A stretch of 63,392 nucleotides of DNA, the filler included, from Dimargaris cristalligena (Eukaryota), in assembly GCA_003614675.1 (NCBI GenBank). It is 4 parts of 4 records of this genome, joined end to end, with 100 filler letters (N's around TTAATTAATTAA, not from the genome) between each part and the next. Parts side by side here need not be neighbours in the genome. Positions count along the whole stretch, not along the records: positions 47,646 to 63,392 come from ML002875.1; 3 more parts are not named here. One strand, written 5' to 3'. The stretch's first letter is position 1. The number at the start of each line of letters is the position of its first letter. The notes below the pieces were generated by a model. It worked only from the letters and a program-made list of their open reading frames with translations. It was not told the origin of the DNA and ran no database searches. Positions 48,779 to 61,625 of the stretch are shown piece after piece. The position numbers were made by a program, and so were the translations under genes.

Positions 48779-49106
48779 CTCTCCGGCGACCAACGTCCAA
48801 CATTCCTATATATTTTTAAATACACATCATTAGCATAGTATACACGAGTATTATTCAACTCCCGCGTCTCCACTACTTCGATATGTCACCTAAAATTTCT
48901 CTTGTATAGACGTTAATGCATTTAGTAGACATCAATATAGCACAACAAACTTATTCCTCCCCTTTATTAGCCTAAATTTTTCTTTAATATTGGACATGCC
49001 AGTCTGTTGATAATATTGTATAAATAACCGGTAGAATATTACATTTTATATGCCCATTCAAACCATTTTACAAGACTCCTATAACGCTTTGGTTATCCGA
49101 CATTAC

Positions 49107-49882
49107 TGTCACGCCATCGCCATAAGTATGTGAAATACTAATCCTTTTTGACCCGGACCTAGACCTTAATTACCGCTGACCAAATGTCTATTTAGTCATG
49201 GTAGGGTATGTGCTAACACAGTTTTGTTGGAGTTTAACAGTTCTAGTTCTTATCACCCAACGCCCACTGGTAAATAAAACGAATAAGACCTACCCTTACT
49301 CCTGCTAGTAAACGAGTGCAGCGAGTTTTAAATAGGTATACTAAGGTTTATTAATACATTTAGGTAAGGTGGTAAGCGAGTTACAGAGCGAGTATAGGTT
49401 GTGGACAAATGGGGGCAATAGTCAGCTGAAGGACCTTGTTATACCGAGCTGTCCTTCCTTTTTATATCAGAGGTTGAGGTACCCGAGAAGTCAGTGAGGC
49501 CGAGCAGGTATCTCTTTTATTATTGGGGTGGAGCTATCACCCTGGCTCAACTGCAGGAGTCGGCTCTGGGTTAACCCTGGCAATAATAGCAGCCCCGCCT
49601 TCTCCAGGGTGTGCCTCGGTTGCGGTAGTTGTTATCCTGGCCACAGGCCTACTGCCAGAGGGTGCTTGGGTACTGCTAGGTGCCTCAGCGGCCCCTCTAT
49701 TAACACTCCTATGCCCTCTCGCAGTCAAAGGACCACTATACTCGGTTCTAGTAGCTCCAATTGCAACAGAGGGGAACCGCTATCCTTCATGGGTGAGAGG
49801 CCAATCCACCTCACAGTACCCCTCTCCTGGGTGAGGGGGACCCGCTGGACTATGTCGGTGTCTATCTGACTCCCCCCCTCCA
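49107..49882 (-). mobile_element. Possible LTR remnant (different family) with polypurine tract
   Basis: On the minus strand a GGAGGGGGGGA tract precedes GTCAG; TATAAAAA (~49460) and AATAAA (~49350) signals; ends GTGACA at 49107. Single copy in the window. Confidence 0.3.
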
Positions 49883-51653
49883 ACCACACAAGAACGGCAC
49901 CTCAACTCAAAAGGGTAAAATATACCGCCCAAGTCACCGATTATTGTCCGGTGCCTTTAAACAAACCACTAAATTTATTCTTCCGGTTTAGAGTGCCATC
50001 TTAATATTTCATTACCTACCCAGCTCTGCATCTTTAAGTATGTCTCACAAGTTCTCCCTGTCCTATTCGGTATGCTCGGTTACACTATATGCCATGTCCC
50101 GGTAGTTAACCAATTTGAATTTACCAAAAGCACACACAAGCAGACTTATATCGAATATACCTCTGGAAACCACCTCAACTGGTACTTACTTACTAAGGTG
50201 TATGTATAAGGGATTGTTATCTACATACAAGTTTACTTCACTAATTTCGATCCATAATGACGTGGGACCAGTAGACTGGAGGCTGTGATATTGCAATTAC
50301 TTAGTGTTGGTATTTATGCCCAGAAAATGGAGAGATCACACGACGCCGTCTCCGAGGATACGCTATCAAGCAAGCGGCGAATAGTTAATGGCCTAATATA
50401 CCCCAATATTGAACCTGGGGCATAAAGTGGGTAATAGACCGATGTCATCTCGGGTTTTACTTATGATTCAATAAGATAAATATCATACTTTTAAAATTGC
50501 ATATGCAATAGTCCTACACTATTTAGTAACTCGACTCCTCTCGCCCTAGTGTTATAATATGGGTAAAACGAAATGGAAGAAAATGAAAAGCGGAAAAAGA
50601 GAATTTGAATGCAATATATAGAGGGAGGGGGTGCAGGTGCAGAGCAAGATGTGAAGAAGGGGGAGCCCCAGCTAAAAAAAAAACTAAAGTATAAAAAGGG
50701 TATAGAGCAGTCTATAAGGTTAACTGGCTCTACATTGAATGACTGCCGTTGGTCAATAAAGACGGGGGCCCTCCTCAATGGGACACTACCTCATTGGTAC
50801 TTATACAAGGGCCATGGATGCACATAATTTCCGTCTCGATAATAAAAGTGTAGCGTTGTACCAATCGTGAACTTTCATCCCAAACCCTTTGCAGTTACAT
50901 TGAACTACTACTGGTTACGCTCAATTTCCCATATATATGAGCTTTATATAGTCACGAATAACGGAGTAAAAAATACTTATGTTCATATTAGAACTGCAAG
51001 TCGAACATTTAATATCATGATTTAGCTCAAGTATAGCGAAGTAGAATACCGCGATCATTTTTCATGCCCGCTTGTACATACATTATTCGATATCCGGGCG
51101 ATTATGAATACTATCAGCTGTTTTTAAGAATGGGAAGAACTACTCCCTGCTAAAGCATGTAATCATCGAACGGCGGATATACAATCAACAGTGGCTGGCC
51201 CGTGTTCGCTATAGGTCACATACCGGTAAAGGTGGATAGCCACGGGGCCAACCAGTTGGCTAATAGTTATAGGGGGGTGATGTCCTTTCGTATAATGCAG
51301 GAAAGTCACCAACACAAAATCCTTAAATGTGATGTGTCGCGATCTTGGTTTAAACCTTTACATAAAAAGGGGAACATCGGCCCAATACTTCGTGAATTAA
51401 GCACCGCTTCACTCGCCACATACACTGTAGCTACTTCACATCCACTCGGCGCCATTTATATACGTGATACCCTCTCTACTTACAGACGTATTTACCTATT
51501 TATATAATATCCTACTTCCAAACTTTGTGGTAACCTCGCCAATCAACTTGTTCCACTTTCTCTTCTATTTCCCATTGCCCCTCCTTTGTTTTTGGCTGTA
51601 TTTACCATGCCCTTTGAATCTTTACCCAGGTAAAGTGCCCTTCCTCTGTAATA

Positions 51654-51950
51654 ATGGGGCACAAGTACTCCCATATAGCCACCACGTTTCTTGCAGTGGG
51701 CATAGCTCTTATTAGTGCTAGAGATACTTTATTAGTTCATGGCCAACCCGTTCCACCGATTGACCAGGCCTCAGCTGCTACGGATTTGACATATACGGCC
51801 CCAATCGTTGGCCCGCCCACCATTCTAATACTATGGGGGCCCGAAACTCCCCTTTCCACAGATGTGATGATCGAACAGCGTTATTGTGACAGATTGGGTG
51901 GTTTTTGCTATTTCGCGAGCGAAGGCCAGGGGTTCCTCATCAAAAAATGA
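51654..51950 (+). CDS. Small putatively secreted protein (98 aa), possibly truncated
   Basis: Hydrophobic leader ending LVHG|QP, Pro-rich spacer, CDRLGGFC motif; pyrimidine-rich 5' region. Confidence 0.4.
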   Translation: MGHKYSHIATTFLAVGIALISARDTLLVHGQPVPPIDQASAATDLTYTAPIVGPPTILILWGPETPLSTDVMIEQRYCDRLGGFCYFASEGQGFLIKK

Positions 51951-52677
51951 GCTGATTGATTTGGTTATGGAATATTCCCACCCATGACAATGTTTTTGTA
52001 CCAGGCCAACACGTCGGGGATTTATTGGCCGTCTTTATAAGATGGGGGATGCTTTGGCGATTGTTTATTAGGATGTATCGGAAAAATTCATTTAACCTCA
52101 TTTAATTATGCCCGCAATAAAGAATTAAAGCGATTAATTCACTTCCCTCTGTTACTTTTATGAGCTATGTAATGCGAACCAATGTTTAATCGGTAATTGT
52201 ACTGTTATAGGTGCATGTATTACTTAATGATGAGTGTTAACTGGAGTTGCGTGCCCTGTGTTAAAGAGTGGAATGGTAAAGACGGCAATTATTTTTGTAT
52301 TGGTGAACACTTGCGATATCTTCGTCAACATCCTAAGGGGTCTTACTCTCGTATCCCGAGAACCATCTCTAACCTGTAGTCCCTAGCTTTTACTCGTCTT
52401 TATGTTTGAAAGGAAATTCAAATTAAGAGTATTGCAACCTATGCTACTCTAGACGGTACTCTGTAGTTATATTGGCCAGGGTGACCATGTGAAGTTAGGT
52501 GGGGGATGGGCCCATGCCTGGAAATGGCCAACCCAAGTCAGGCTATTTATATTGATATATTTATAGATAAAAATAAACAAATATATTTTATTAGTTAGAC
52601 CTTGTGTATTATTGACCTGGTTAAGTATTTTCCAATTCAGGCATTAGGCCCCCACTAGTATCAGTGAAGCAATAGAT

Positions 52678-52731
52678 TTGGTCTCATCCAATGGATTTTT
52701 CGCCATACGGCTTAGTTGAACCTCCCCCATA
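52678..52731 (+). mobile_element. MITE family 1, 3' fragment
   Basis: CTCATCCAATGGATTTTTCGCCATACGGCTTAGTTGAACCTCCCCCATA matches the right third of the family. Confidence 0.7.
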
Positions 52732-54636
52732 TATAGACACACAACTGTCACAAGTGATTGTCCTTCCAAGTGAAGAAACTATGTGAGGGCGAATTCCCAG
52801 TCAGGGACAATGCTCTGGTTTCATAGGTGAAATGGGTTGTCGGTGGACGAGGATGGAGGACTAGAGACATTTCTTGGGATTCTAGGTATTAAAGCCAACT
52901 CAGGTCCGAGAAACTGCATTGTCACTTGCAGCTTCTAACAGGGGAGAACAGTATATATATATCTGGATTATTAGCATGTGGCCCGAAACAATTCTGCTAT
53001 TATTAGAGAGGGCCTATATGAGCACTTACCACGTCTTTTTGCTAACCTACACTGCTAATTAACCACTATGGATCATTTATTTTATAACCAAATGGGGAAG
53101 ATGGCCCTTCCCCTTTTTCTCCAAGGCCGGGTATGTTCACACCCTGGTGAGAAGCCTGACCTGAATCAGTGTGATTACCCCTCACTGGTCGTTCTTAACG
53201 GTAAGCTGACCAACAGGGGACAAGTTGGGGGGTATAACAGGCTCGTAAGCCAGGAAGCGAAATGGTTGGTAATTGGGCATATTTTTATTAAGGACAATCA
53301 ACTAGTGAGTGAAGTAAAAGCAGCTGTGATATTTATTCACAGATTAACGCAAAAATACCCTCTATGCTTGGACACGCGGTCGGTCAATCTGGGAAACTTG
53401 CATTGGTTTCGAGTTACGCGAACCGGACCCTAGCAGAAGTTGTAATTATATAAATAAGTTATTAACCCTATTTCGCAACCCAAATGGCCTTTAGACTATC
53501 AAACGACCCACCACGGCCTTGAGTCTCGAGCTGTTGGTATGGGCGGGGATATAGCAAGGGTCGTCTCCGAGACACGTGGTGCATTGGTTAAAAATAGGCG
53601 GGCTTTGGGTAGCGGTCGCTTGGCCGGTAGTCGAACCCGTAACATTGAGGAGGGTATTGTCGTTGAAGAGAAATGGTGAACATGGGGCCGATTAGCCAAT
53701 GTAACTTTATTTACGGATGCTCCTCTTTCACAGCTAACGGACAAAGCAAAGGGGCAACATATAAGATCAATGAACAGAGTAAGGGGATGCGATAGGAGGA
53801 GGCAGCGCAAATGTGGGCGAGGAGCCAAGGGGTGTGGATGCTACTGTACCTTGGTCTCCGCACCGTCCCCAGGGTCGTGGAGATGGTCCATCGAGTTAGG
53901 CCGAGGGATATCAGCCCTCTATGACCACGGGATGCACCGAGGGGACACCGGCTTGTTTGAGGGACTAATTATGGAAGTGATTTAGTAATGGTGGAGGCTC
54001 GGCCTCAGCCACCGCCCTGGCTCCCGAAATGACCTCACCAATGAGACTTTCGGGCCCCGAACGAAGGGCGCCAATTCACAGAGAGGGAGCACTCCGTTTG
54101 GTATATATATATATATATGGGCACCACACCGCACCTATCCAGCTCCCCCAATTGGCCCTATTGATTGGTATTTCCGTATTCCGCTCTTCGCGACTCCATC
54201 CGTGTTCCTTTTAAGTCCGCAATACTCGTCGTATTGACCATATACGGCACCTACGCCCTACGAGAAAGCGAGCCTCTCTCCCCCCCGCTTCTCTTTGTTC
54301 AGCTGAACCTTTTCGCCAGCTCCATTTTGCGAGTTATAAGTGAATACAAGTCTCACCCACTGTGGCCCTCCCTCCCTCCCTTCCTTTCCCACTGTTTTAA
54401 ACCTTATTAGTTTCCCTGTTTTTCCCAGCTGTCTCAGGGTCCCTCCTCCGCACGCTCTCCCGAAATTTACCAAACGTTTCCACTCCGACATTGTTTCTCC
54501 CTCACCCGCCCAAGTGAGACACCATCGTGCTTTTCCACCCACTTGGCCCGTATTATCGGCGTACTGCTTAACCTATTCCAACCAGGCCCCTTGTCCCTCT
54601 CTCGTACCATCCTCCCTGTTCCAAATTTCCACCACT

Positions 54637-56464
54637 ATGGATTCGCTGCCGTCGCCCGTCTACGGTGCCCTGACCCTACTCGCCGGTTTCATCTTCATTT
54701 GCGTTGGTTTTATGTTTACCTTTCTTACCCTGATTAGCCCCAAAACCCACCCCCTCACCGACGAAGAGAAGTACTACCGGGACACGATCTCGGACACGCC
54801 CCACCCGCTGCCCAGTCTATTCGATACCCCCACCGTCACTCTGAGTGTCGTGGTCCCCGCCTACAATGAAAGTCAGCGTCTGCCCAAAATGCTGGAGGAG
54901 GCCCGTGACTATCTGGAAGCCCTGGTTGCCACCACTACCCAAGCGGGTCGGAGCGGCACTAATGCGATGGCTGACGACTCCCAGGCGGAGGGAATGAGCG
55001 ATAGTGCCGCGTCGTCCGACTCGGAAACCCTCACCGGCTCGACTCCCACCGAGGCCGAATTCCCCACCGCCGCCCGGTCCACCGCCGACCGGCTACCCTT
55101 CACTTACGAGATTCTCCTCGTGGACGATGGGAGCCGCGACCAAACGACTCAGGTCGCTTTGGACTACGCGCGGGAACACAACGTCCCTAACCTTCGGGTG
55201 TTGACGTTTTCCCTCAACCGCGGCAAGGGGGGCGCCGTCACTCAGGTAGGTTAATATCCTCTCTTTATTCATTGGTCCGTGGATTTAAGGAGGGGGCAAG
55301 CGAAACGGTGGCACTAAGGAAGATTCGAGGTTCGATTCCATGATCGATGTCTTCGAATGCGTTCGCTTAGCCCTCCCTCTGTTCCAGCTGCCAAGGCTAT
55401 TCAATGACACATTGGTTTATCGCTAAGCTAGACTGCTTTGCAGGGAGTTACCGAAAGTAAGCTCGCATTGTCTTTAACAATTGAAAGGGGGGGATCCAAA
55501 AAAAAGGAACCCCCGTGGCCGTGAATGGTACAAGTGCCAATGTGTTACACAGTCAGACTAACTCGTCCATGGATATGCTTGTTGTACTACTATGGACTTG
55601 GCTTCACTGGAACAGGGCTTTCTTCACGCTCGAGGTCGTTATATCCTTTTTGCCGATGCTGACGGAGCCACCAGCTTCCCTGATTTAAGCAAATTGATGG
55701 ACGGCATCCAAAAGGTCACCCGCAGTGAAATGGGCGTCGCAGTCGGGTCTCGGGCCCATCTTAAAGATCCCGGGGTTATTGTTAAGGTAGGTGCCCATAA
55801 TCTCTACCCCTCTATGGCACTAATGTTGGTTCGGTTGGCCTACGGGCCTTAATTTAAGGTCCCGTGGAGCGGCCACCGTAAGATATTTCCCGATAGAGTG
55901 CCCCCCGCGACCACCCGGGGGGTTCTCCTTATTAAGTGGCTCATGCCTAATGTCAACATCACCTTGCAAACCCGTATATTTGTATCTGTATTCCAATAAC
56001 TCACTATGTCTTTATTTTACCTCCCGACCCATATTGTTTGCTGAACCACCCGCTCCTGTGGCTTCATCCAACTCCAGCGCTCTATCATCCGTCGTTTTCT
56101 TATGCGTGCTTTCCACGCGTTTGTTTATATCTTTGGTATTCGGGAAGTCGAAGACACCCAATGCGGCTTCAAACTCTTTACCCGACGCGCCGCCCAAGCC
56201 ATTTTCCCCAATATCCACGTCGAACGCTGGATTTTCGATATTGAAGTTCTTTTGCTTGCCACTAATTTCCGGATCCCCGTCGTGGAAGTTCCGGTGACGT
56301 GGCACGAAGTGGCCGGCTCTAAAATGCACCTGATGCGGGACTCTATTATTATGGCCGCCGATTTATTACTATTACGACTCAATTATGTTTTCGGCGTTTG
56401 GAAAGCCACCCCCATTGACATTATGCACGACCGACGAGGCTCGATGCTGACCAAGACCAACTAA
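54637..56464 (+). CDS. ALG5: Dolichyl-phosphate beta-glucosyltransferase; exons 54637-55245, 55616-55786, 56078-56464
   Basis: [92 protein letters not shown] introns in phase 0. Confidence 0.95.
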
Positions 56465-57347
56465 TTATTTGGACCGACGGGTTTATTACCCTCCACCCCC
56501 ATCTACTACAGTTTACCTGTTCACCCCTTTCCCCTGTGCTACTGATGCGAGAGAGTCCCTTGCTCATGCATATCTGAATCCCACCTTGTTTTATTAGACC
56601 ATCATTATACTTGCTACCTTCTTTTGCCCCTCTTCATTTGTTTTTTATTTTTTATCCTCGGTTTTCAGATGTTGAGTTTAGGCTAATCTCCTATTGTCAC
56701 AGCTCATGCCCCCCTTTCTACGCCTAGCCTATTTATTTATTTACTACCACTATCCAGTTTGGTTTTTGCTGATTTTATATCCGGATTGCTCTGTAGATTT
56801 GTCGAATAAGTCGAGTCCTGTCGTTTTACGACGATAGTCCAAATAACCCTTTTTTTTTGGAAATTTTATTATATATATATATATATATATAAGTAAATTC
56901 AGACACCTAATACTTCCTACAATTCCATGTGAAGAAAATGGATTTGGTAAAAATCAATCTTGGGCATATATTATACCCATTCATGACGAGATTATGGCAA
57001 AAAAATACATTTAAATGTGGTATAGTCGGATAAACCTAGGTAGCGATTCAAACGATTAGGTTTGAAGAGATGAGACCGATGATCATAAAAATTTACATGA
57101 CTAAAGTGGGTCAACGGAATACGAGGTAAGAATGGGAGGCGGTCGCAGGTTGAGCGTAGATGGCCGTCTACGAAGGGTTTAATGCTGTAGCAGATAATAT
57201 CGCACGAGAACACTATTCATAAAACGATTTTCTATGATATTAATAACATGTTGTTGTTTTTTTTTAAAAAAAATGGACCTGCTGGGGGAGAGAGGGGTGA
57301 CGCGTAAACTACAGGGTGCTCCTAAATCGGTTGAAGGGGATCGGCTC

Positions 57348-59495
57348 TTATTCACAGACCAGTTTGGGGTCGAAACTCGCGAGAGCAATCCCGAAGGCCT
57401 GTAGCGGGGTCATGGGGAACTGGAAATCAAGTGTAAAAACACTCTGCGAGATTCGGCCAAACTGCAGAATAATGTAGTCCACTAAGCTCAAATCAACCGG
57501 CCAATTTTTGTTTGGTTTTACAATGGTCAGGTAGTAATAAAGTACAGAGAAGTTGTTTAACGGGTTATCATGTGGGGAGGTAAATGCAGTAGTGGCTGTG
57601 TTGCCCTCTAGCAGTCACTGGTTGGTGGAAATAAGTTATCAGTCACAGTCATCCATCCCAGACATATCAATCGCACGCAGACCTATCACGGAGCTCAAGC
57701 ACTTACTGTCGAGGTCGTTCACTAGTTGAAAATTCTTGACGGATGCCACCGTGACTCGGCCGTTGAAGTTGAGTACATAGGAGTGCGATTCTAATAGATG
57801 GCAGGCGTTTTTTTTTTTGGTATAAATATATATGTCGAGGGTCCGGAGGGGGCCATTTATAATTTAAACCAGGTTAGCAATTCGCGTTAATTGGTACGTT
57901 GTAAGTGGTTCACAGCCCTTGATTATCCTTTGGTGGGGCCTGTTTACAAGATAAAAGGTATCACGGGATACCATTATAAACTTTCAAACTTACCTTCGTT
58001 CCACTGGGGCGACTTGTTATAGAGAACCAAGAGGGATGGGTCGTAGCACCGCCGGTACATATTGACGAGGGACGTGTCTTCCTGGGGGGGGCCGGTAAGG
58101 CCGGCGCACCCCGTCAATGGATAGGGCGGGGATAATGACCGCCATTTTACGGGGGCCCTTGAAACCCATAATGTTGGGTTCGTAGAGAACGGCACAAAGC
58201 TCCTCGCGATACCGCTCTGATGCATCCTTAGTTGTGGTGGATGTCGTCTGGGTGGAGGATGACGTATTTCCGGGGGATTCCATCGAAGCGGCCGCTGGAA
58301 CCAAAGTTAAGGGGGAATCGGTCGTGGCGGCCGTTGCTGCGGGAGGCGGCTGCACCGGGGAGGGTGCTGACGATGCCACCGATGATGTTGCTGACTCCGA
58401 CCCGGCCTCCACCGGGGGACCCCCATCGGAACCCGCCGGTCGCGCAGGTGAGGTCAACGGGGATGGGGATAAGTCTGATAATGATGGTGGTGGTGGCTCC
58501 GGCCCGTACACCACATACTCAGTGCCCAAGAAATTCGACCTGACCGTACCCAGGATATCGGGCGAGTCCTGGTGCAAGTCGCTCCGGGATCGGCTAATTA
58601 AGTAGCACGAATTCCGGGCCTTGCGGCGCTTGCGCGCGGATAGCAAGAAAATTCGGGGTTGGCCATCGCTACTTTCAGCGAAAAAGTAGAACTGGGGTTT
58701 GGTGCCCCGTTTGGTTTTTTGGCGGATAATCTTGCATTGAATTTGATGGCCGACGGGAAGGGGGCGGTGGACAAAGTCATCAATGAACTCCTTGGAACTT
58801 TGGGGAACGTCAAATAAACATAGATAATCGCATTGATTGAGGGTGGGGGGCGTTAATGAGGTTTAAAATGATATATAATAGTCAACAAAAAGCAATGGCC
58901 AAGCTTGGCTAAGGAGCTGCATTACATAGATTCGGTTACTTGCTATGCCCGATACATTTATTATTATTTTTCCAATTAGATTTGAATGTAAAAGTCGACT
59001 TTCCCAAAATTGTCAACAGGGGAACACGTTCGATGGAGAGGATCTAAAGACTTACTCGGTGCCGGGATCGCCGGTATACCCGATATTTAATAGCAACTCG
59101 TACGCCAATTGGCGCGACCACTCGTCTTCGCCAATTTCGTCGCGGTTGGGCACTAACGGATCATCCGCTTCTCCAGCAGCACCGCCGGGATTACGGTTCT
59201 GAGCCGCATGGGCCTGGCCATTATCATTGGCCCTCTCGTCGTCGCCCTCACTTTCGCCGTTGTTACTATCCCCATGTTGGTCGGCGGGGGTGATAACAGT
59301 GGTAAGGGGCGTAGCTGTATCGGCAACCGGCTGTACGTGGTCGATTCCGGCGGTGGATGGAACAGTGTGGGGCGAATGGGCCGGGGATGCCGGCTGGAGG
59401 GGTACACCTTGTCGCTGAGCCGTTGCCATGGTACCACCAGCCTCGGCAGAATTGTGAGACGGTGCTATCGCGCCTTCCAATGGCTGACTAACCAT
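57348..59495 (-). CDS. Tubby-like protein (TULP); exons 59495-59056, 58797-57994, 57790-57707, 57481-57348; one apparent +1 indel in the G8 run at 58084-58091
   Basis: [102 protein letters not shown] form a canonical Tubby domain. Confidence 0.92.
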
Positions 59496-61363
59496 AACCG
59501 AAATGGAGGTTCTACCTTAGGTCGACAACTAATATCGCGTAATAAGGGGACCACGAGGACACCGGCACGATTCGGCAGCTCAAAGTAGAGCGAATATAAA
59601 AAGGCAGCAGTGAAAAAGGCCCGAAAATGGAGAGACTAGCCGGCCGGGATTAAGTAGAAAATGCAGTGGTATAGTGCCACCGGCGGCCTTGTGAAACTTT
59701 TGGACACAATACACGGGGTGGTAATATTTAGATACGGGCGATAAGAAGCGACAAAATATATATATCGGAAGAGTAAATATATATAGCTGGAAATGTGATG
59801 ATGAATAGAAAGTGGAGAGGATGGGGAGGAAAGAAGTGCAAAAAAACAAAAGGGTCCAGAGCTGTTATTGCCTTATTGTTGCGAATGAACCAAGTCGGGG
59901 AGTAGTATAGCCCTGTGAACCAAGAATAAAAGGAACTCTACAACAAAACGCGATTCCTTACTTTCTCCCCTCCCACCCTCCTCCTCTCACTCGCTTAATT
60001 CATACACCCTCTATACAGCATACACTACTGCTATTAAAGGGGGGGGGGGGTGACACTGTGGTCGATCCACGCCAATTTCACCAGATTTCCCAAAATTACA
60101 TGGCAAAGTAACCACTACATACTAGAAATTGGAACTGGCCACTCCGACTTTGTTGGATACACGCCTCGATATCCCACTCTATAAAAGGGTAGCAAGCATA
60201 ATAGAATCCAGAGGGCTCGGCATATGTGGGAACTACTATATAATACAAAGAGATGGGGGTGATGTCTGATTAATAAGCCCGTTCATTTACTGGCTGTGAT
60301 GCCATTATCAATAGAAAATGCGTTCTCCGAAATTATAATCATATATCCCAAGCCTTGTAAACTCCACTATTGTAGTGCAGGAAAGGGAAAGTTGGATCAG
60401 TTACCCGAATCATTTGCCGGTTGTAACTTCGTTATCAAAGTACATCACGGCTACTTCAATCATATTCCTTTATTACGCCTCGTAAAACCAATTATTCATC
60501 AAATATGCATTAAATATCAGAAAACGATGAAAACCCCAACCATTCGACTATTATATTTGAAGATGGTTACTCATAGCCCATTGTTTTTTTATCCGTACAT
60601 CTTAATTTCTATATCGTTTTATTATACATTTATCAACATAAGCGATATCATCACATTGGACAGTTCCCTACGTCGGCCTAACGAGCACACCCAGCATTGT
60701 CAGATTTCCGAGCATCCTGCGTTTACTATTTTCTACTTATTTTCTACTTATCTTTTCTTATAAATAAGCATTATAGTTCCGACGAACTTAGAAGCGCCAA
60801 GCTGTCAGTCGCCAGCAAAGTCCTAAATAGCCACTGATATTCTTCAAACTCATCGTGTATTACCATTAAATTCTAATGGGCATTTATGCATCCATTATTG
60901 AGCATTCCGTACGGTGTCTTCCCGCAAAGCACCGAATTAATCACATTGTTCACTCTATTATTCTAAAAAAAAAAAAGAGGTAAAAACCCCGCAATACCCT
61001 GGATATTATCAATCTAACACCCGCCTCCCCTGCAAGAATGATGATCTACACGCTAAACCCCGTTTATCTGGAGCCGGAACTGAGTCTCCTGTCGGGCTAT
61101 CCAGCATTACAAACTGGTATCGCATTGCAAGACCTTACCAGTCTACCGGGTCTTGAAGCTCTATACTTATAGGTTTTGGATGGACCAAAACCTGATAACG
61201 AGGTATACTTCGGTATCTTTATATTGACATGATGCGATCTCAAAAATCCATTTGTTAAAATTTTAAATAATATGGGCGAGAATATAATAGTATTGGTCCT
61301 ATAACCAGGACTTACTTTCATAGTCAAGCTCAGGACTACTTATGCGTTTAATTTTGTTGTGTA

Positions 61364-61503
61364 TATGGGTGAAATCCGACCCAGCTGTATAAGGTTTTAT
61401 ATGATAAGTGTATGTGATAATATGTGAGATTTATTTTTAACCAGTAATACTTGCTTCATCCAACAGATTTTTTGTTATGCAGCTTGGTTGAACCTCTCCC
61501 ATA
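61364..61503 (+). mobile_element. MITE family 1, full copy
   Basis: TATGGGTGAAATCC...GGTTGAACCTCTCCCATA with the shared core. Confidence 0.8.
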
Positions 61504-61625
61504 TGGAAATGGCTGGATGAAGATTATATGGTCAATTTACTATTATTAGCCCTTCTAATCTGACTTAATCCGGGTATAGTAATCACCTATAACTAGGCCA
61601 TATAGCACCATATATAACATCCTAT

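Noticed and set aside
53020-53900. Scattered minus-strand splice signals upstream of ALG5
   Set aside because: No coherent reading frame or snoRNA boxes could be assembled; unsupported without transcript data.
54925-55095. ~55-aa Ser/Thr/acidic insertion in Alg5
   Set aside because: It lies in a loop that varies in length among fungal Alg5 proteins; all catalytic motifs are intact.
55309-55339. tRNA gene from A-box-like TGGCACTAAGG plus B-box GGTTCGATTCC
   Set aside because: The boxes are only ~9 nt apart and there is no cloverleaf or anticodon arm.
58084-58091. Frameshift within the Tubby gene as programmed recoding or pseudogenisation
   Set aside because: It falls in a G8 homopolymer, removing one base restores the frame, and the rest of the gene is intact; most likely an assembly indel (check reads).
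60296-60763. 155-aa ORF
   Set aside because: AT-rich, GTG start, Ile/Tyr/Phe-biased composition typical of noncoding DNA.
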